From NCBI RefSeq assembly GCF_902713615.1, contig NW_024055456.1:124001-188000 (forward strand): a stretch of DNA of 64,000 bases. The letters run 5' to 3'. This DNA comes from Scyliorhinus canicula (taxonomy: Eukaryota). Positions 62,390 to 64,000 of the stretch are shown here, one piece after another (position 1 is the stretch's first letter; each line of letters opens with the position of its first letter). The notes beneath the pieces are model-generated. The model made no database searches. It worked only from the letters and a program-made list of their open reading frames with translations, and was not told the DNA's origin. Both the position numbers and the translations under genes were made by a program.

Positions 62390-62398
62390 ATCAAGTGA
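62390..62398 (+). CDS. IGHM: IgM TM2 exon coding part (IK*)
   Basis: Polypyrimidine tract plus TTACAG acceptor, then ATC AAG TGA. Confidence 0.88.
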   Translation: MK

Positions 62399-62803
62399 TG
62401 GGTTGACGTTCGGACGCTGTAGATTTCCCTCAGCTGTTTATTATGATCTGTGTGTGACAGAAATACAATATCTCCTCTTGGTGTCTCTCACAGTAAAATT
62501 ATCTCAGTTTATTATTCTGCATCTGTAACTGAGACAATCATGGACAGTATTTCTGCTTTTCAGTTTAAAATGTACGCGATAATTTTGGCTGTAATGTAAT
62601 TGTAGTTAATAATTTCTCTCAATATCATGTCTAAATAAGTAACTTATCTCGTACCTTATTTACAACAGTTGCCTTCTCTTTATGTTGAGCTCCTGTTCTC
62701 TCTTGTGTCTGTTACAGTTGTACATACATTTGGCAGCTCAGAGGGCATGTGTTCTGTTCTCACTGTGACCCTCAATCGTTATGTTCCCTTTTGTAAACAT
62801 CAA

Positions 62804-62844
62804 AATAAACTTTTGTGCTATATTTTCTCTGAAATTTTAATAAA
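62804..62844 (+). terminator. Membrane-form polyadenylation signals
   Basis: AATAAA at 62804 and 62839. Confidence 0.65.
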
Positions 62845-63667
62845 TATTGAATGAAAAATGAAGAAAACAAGTCTAATCTGAACTCCTTTCTCTCAGCTCC
62901 ATCGGCAGCGCTCCATTTCCCCGGTTATGCAGTTTTCTCCCCTTTCCCAGACAGATATTTCTCACCAGTCCTGTCTGGGATGTGTCTGGACTCAAGGACC
63001 CTCAGTTAAAGAGCCGCTGCGCCACCATGCGGCCCATCCGGGTTAAGTCACCTTCACCTTTGCCTTTTTATGGTAAACTCCAGAGACAGAATGATTGCAC
63101 AACTGAAGAATTCCACAGATTCACTCCCCTTTGATGGAAGAAATGTGTCCTCACCTCTGTCCTAAATTTGAGATCCCTTACTCTGAGATTATGCCCTCTG
63201 GTCCCAGACTGTCCCACAAGAGGAAACAAGATGATTTTTCAGGCTGTGTAACTGGTTAAAGCTCTTTCCACAGTCAGTTCACTGGAACATTCTCCCTCAG
63301 GTGTGTGTGTGTCTCGGGGCTTTTCCAGTCACACTGATGTTTGAAATCGCTTCCCACAGTCAGAACAGACAAACACATTGACAGTTTGTGATATGTAGGT
63401 CCTAATGAATTGAGTCAGATCTTGATGTTATATTTGGTTTGAGTTGCCCAGCTGCCAAATCTCCCGTTCTAATGCCTGAAAAAGAAGTTTTGAACCAGAA
63501 TATTGTCCCCAGTGTCTCTGAAACACTCTGTCCGCTGAGCAATCCACTGGGTGTGGAAGGTGTCACGCATTCCGGTGGATACCACATGCTCCCTCTGCAA
63601 GACCACTGGGAATAGACAAGACCACAGAACAGAAGTCGGCAGCCAGAGTAACCGCCCACCCCCTCCA

Positions 63668-63960
63668 TAATAATAATAATCTTTATTGTCACAAGTAGGC
63701 TTACATTAACAATGCAATGAAGTTACTGTGAAAAGCCCCTCGTCACTTAACTCCGGCGCATGGTTGGGTCACAGAGGGAGCATTCAGAATGTTCAATTCA
63801 CAGCACGTCTTTCGGGACTTGTGGGAGCAACCCAGAGCACCCGGAGGAAACCCACGGGGAGAACGTGCAGACTCCACACAGACAGTGACCCAAGCTGGGC
63901 ATCGAATCTGGGACCCTGAAACTGTGAAGCAACAGTGCTACCCTACCCCACCCAGCTACA
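63668..63960 (-). mobile_element. SINE with HE1-like head and core but GTGACAATAAAG(ATT)n tail
   Basis: Reverse complement: HE1 core followed by GGGGCTTTTCACAGTAACTTCATTGCATTGTTAATGTAAGCCTACTTGTGACAATAAAGATTATTATT. Confidence 0.8.
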
Positions 63961-64000
63961 ATGCACTGTTTTAATCAGACTCAAAGTAGATTCACGCTCA

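Larger units (their letters stand above)
41027..62398 (+). other. IGHM: Complete germline IgM heavy-chain cluster (L-VH-D1-D2-JH-Cmu1-4/sec-TM1-TM2)
   Basis: All exons open, with GT-AG boundaries and compatible phases; RSS order 23/12-22/12-12/23 is typical of cartilaginous-fish IgM clusters. Confidence 0.95.

Overview
Cartilaginous-fish (shark; the SINE families suggest a catshark, by inference) genomic DNA with about 283 N at 47109-47391. It holds one complete, unrearranged, apparently intact IgM heavy-chain cluster on the + strand: leader, VH with 23-RSS, D1 (12/22), D2 (12/12), JH (23), Cmu1-4 with secretory tail, TM1 and TM2, spanning 41027-62398. About 40 kb upstream, head-to-head on the - strand, is an intact T-cell receptor alpha/delta-type V segment with leader and RSS (242-690). 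The 11.6-kb JH-Cmu1 intron contains a C-rich 38-bp array (48.0-50.1 kb) abutting a G-rich, AGCT-bearing 39-bp array (50.1-53.5 kb) that resembles a tetrapod switch region in position, strand and motif content. The V-to-VH interval is mostly retroelements (CR1, RTE, Penelope-like elements with hammerhead motifs, three tRNA-derived SINE types) and includes an old gene-less tandem duplication (about 14.4-25.1 kb and 25.1-30.2 kb). All calls were made by reading the sequence by eye; repeat boundaries are approximate.
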